Origin: a bacterium
GTDB lineage: Bacteria; Zhuqueibacterota; Zhuqueibacteria; Zhuqueibacterales; Zhuqueibacteraceae
Direction of reading: 5' to 3'
Assembly: GCA_044869275.1 (NCBI GenBank)
Contig: JBIOXB010000097.1
Location: forward strand, 1-13,881
Length of the DNA stretch: 13,881 nucleotides
This document shows, piece after piece, positions 13,669 through 13,881 of the stretch. The notes under the pieces were generated by a model. It had not been told where the DNA came from. It saw only the letters and a program-made list of their open reading frames with translations, and ran no database searches. A program made the translations under genes and the position numbers. Numbering within the stretch: the stretch's first letter is position 1; each line of letters starts with the position of its first letter.

Positions 13669-13881
13669 TTAAAAACCACCGACGCGCATGAATTCAAGGC
13701 GATAGTTGGCTTCCGGCGCGTGGTCGGACGGGCCGGCCACAAGCATGGCAATACCGCCGGTCAATTGTTGCTCACGCAGCCAGGCTACGGCAAAGTCGCG
13801 CCAATTGGTTGGGGCTTCCGCGACCTCGACCGGATGCACGCCATATGAAAAAACCAAGCTTTGGCAAGCTGCGCGGTCAGC
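13669..13881 (-). CDS. pyk: 3' end of probable pyruvate kinase (C-terminal alpha/beta domain), truncated by the window edge
   Basis: Frame open to the window edge: ADRAACQSLVFSYGVHPV...W...MLVAGPS...ANYRLE resembles the PK_C 'L-x-x-x-x-GV-x-P' pattern. Only ~70 aa are visible. Confidence 0.6.
   Translation of the reverse strand, partial: ADRAACQSLVFSYGVHPVEVAEAPTNWRDFAVAWLREQQLTGGIAMLVAGPSDHAPEANYRLEFMRVGGF

Noticed and set aside
13650..13670. Possible relic heptamer arm GAAATGC AAAAACC AGAGTTT between pyk and sulP
   Set aside because: Only two passable units and no partner arm; could be chance.

Overview
Bacterial window, GC-rich in coding regions and from a diderm judging by the outer-membrane and lipoprotein genes. 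It carries ten co-oriented minus-strand genes. In transcription order they are: the 3' end of a probable pyruvate kinase, a SulP/STAS anion transporter, PPK2, a VIT1/CCC1-like membrane protein, a beta-barrel-like outer-membrane protein, a multi-TM protein fused to a PI-PLC-like domain, a lipoprotein with a VirB10/TrbI-like domain, a MetA/phenol-pathway-like outer-membrane 'transporter', a GH63/MGH1-like glucosidase and a GH13 alpha-amylase-family enzyme. The most striking feature is non-coding. Six gene 3' ends are followed immediately by an imperfect palindrome built from tandem 7-nt units: (AAAnnnC)n, a unique loop of about 19-32 nt, then (TTTGnnn)n. One copy is tandemly duplicated. Another lies inside an ORF and appears to encode that protein's entire signal peptide. 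The two remaining long intergenic regions carry different palindromes with an 8-9-nt period. Family assignments come from motif recognition only; no searches were run.
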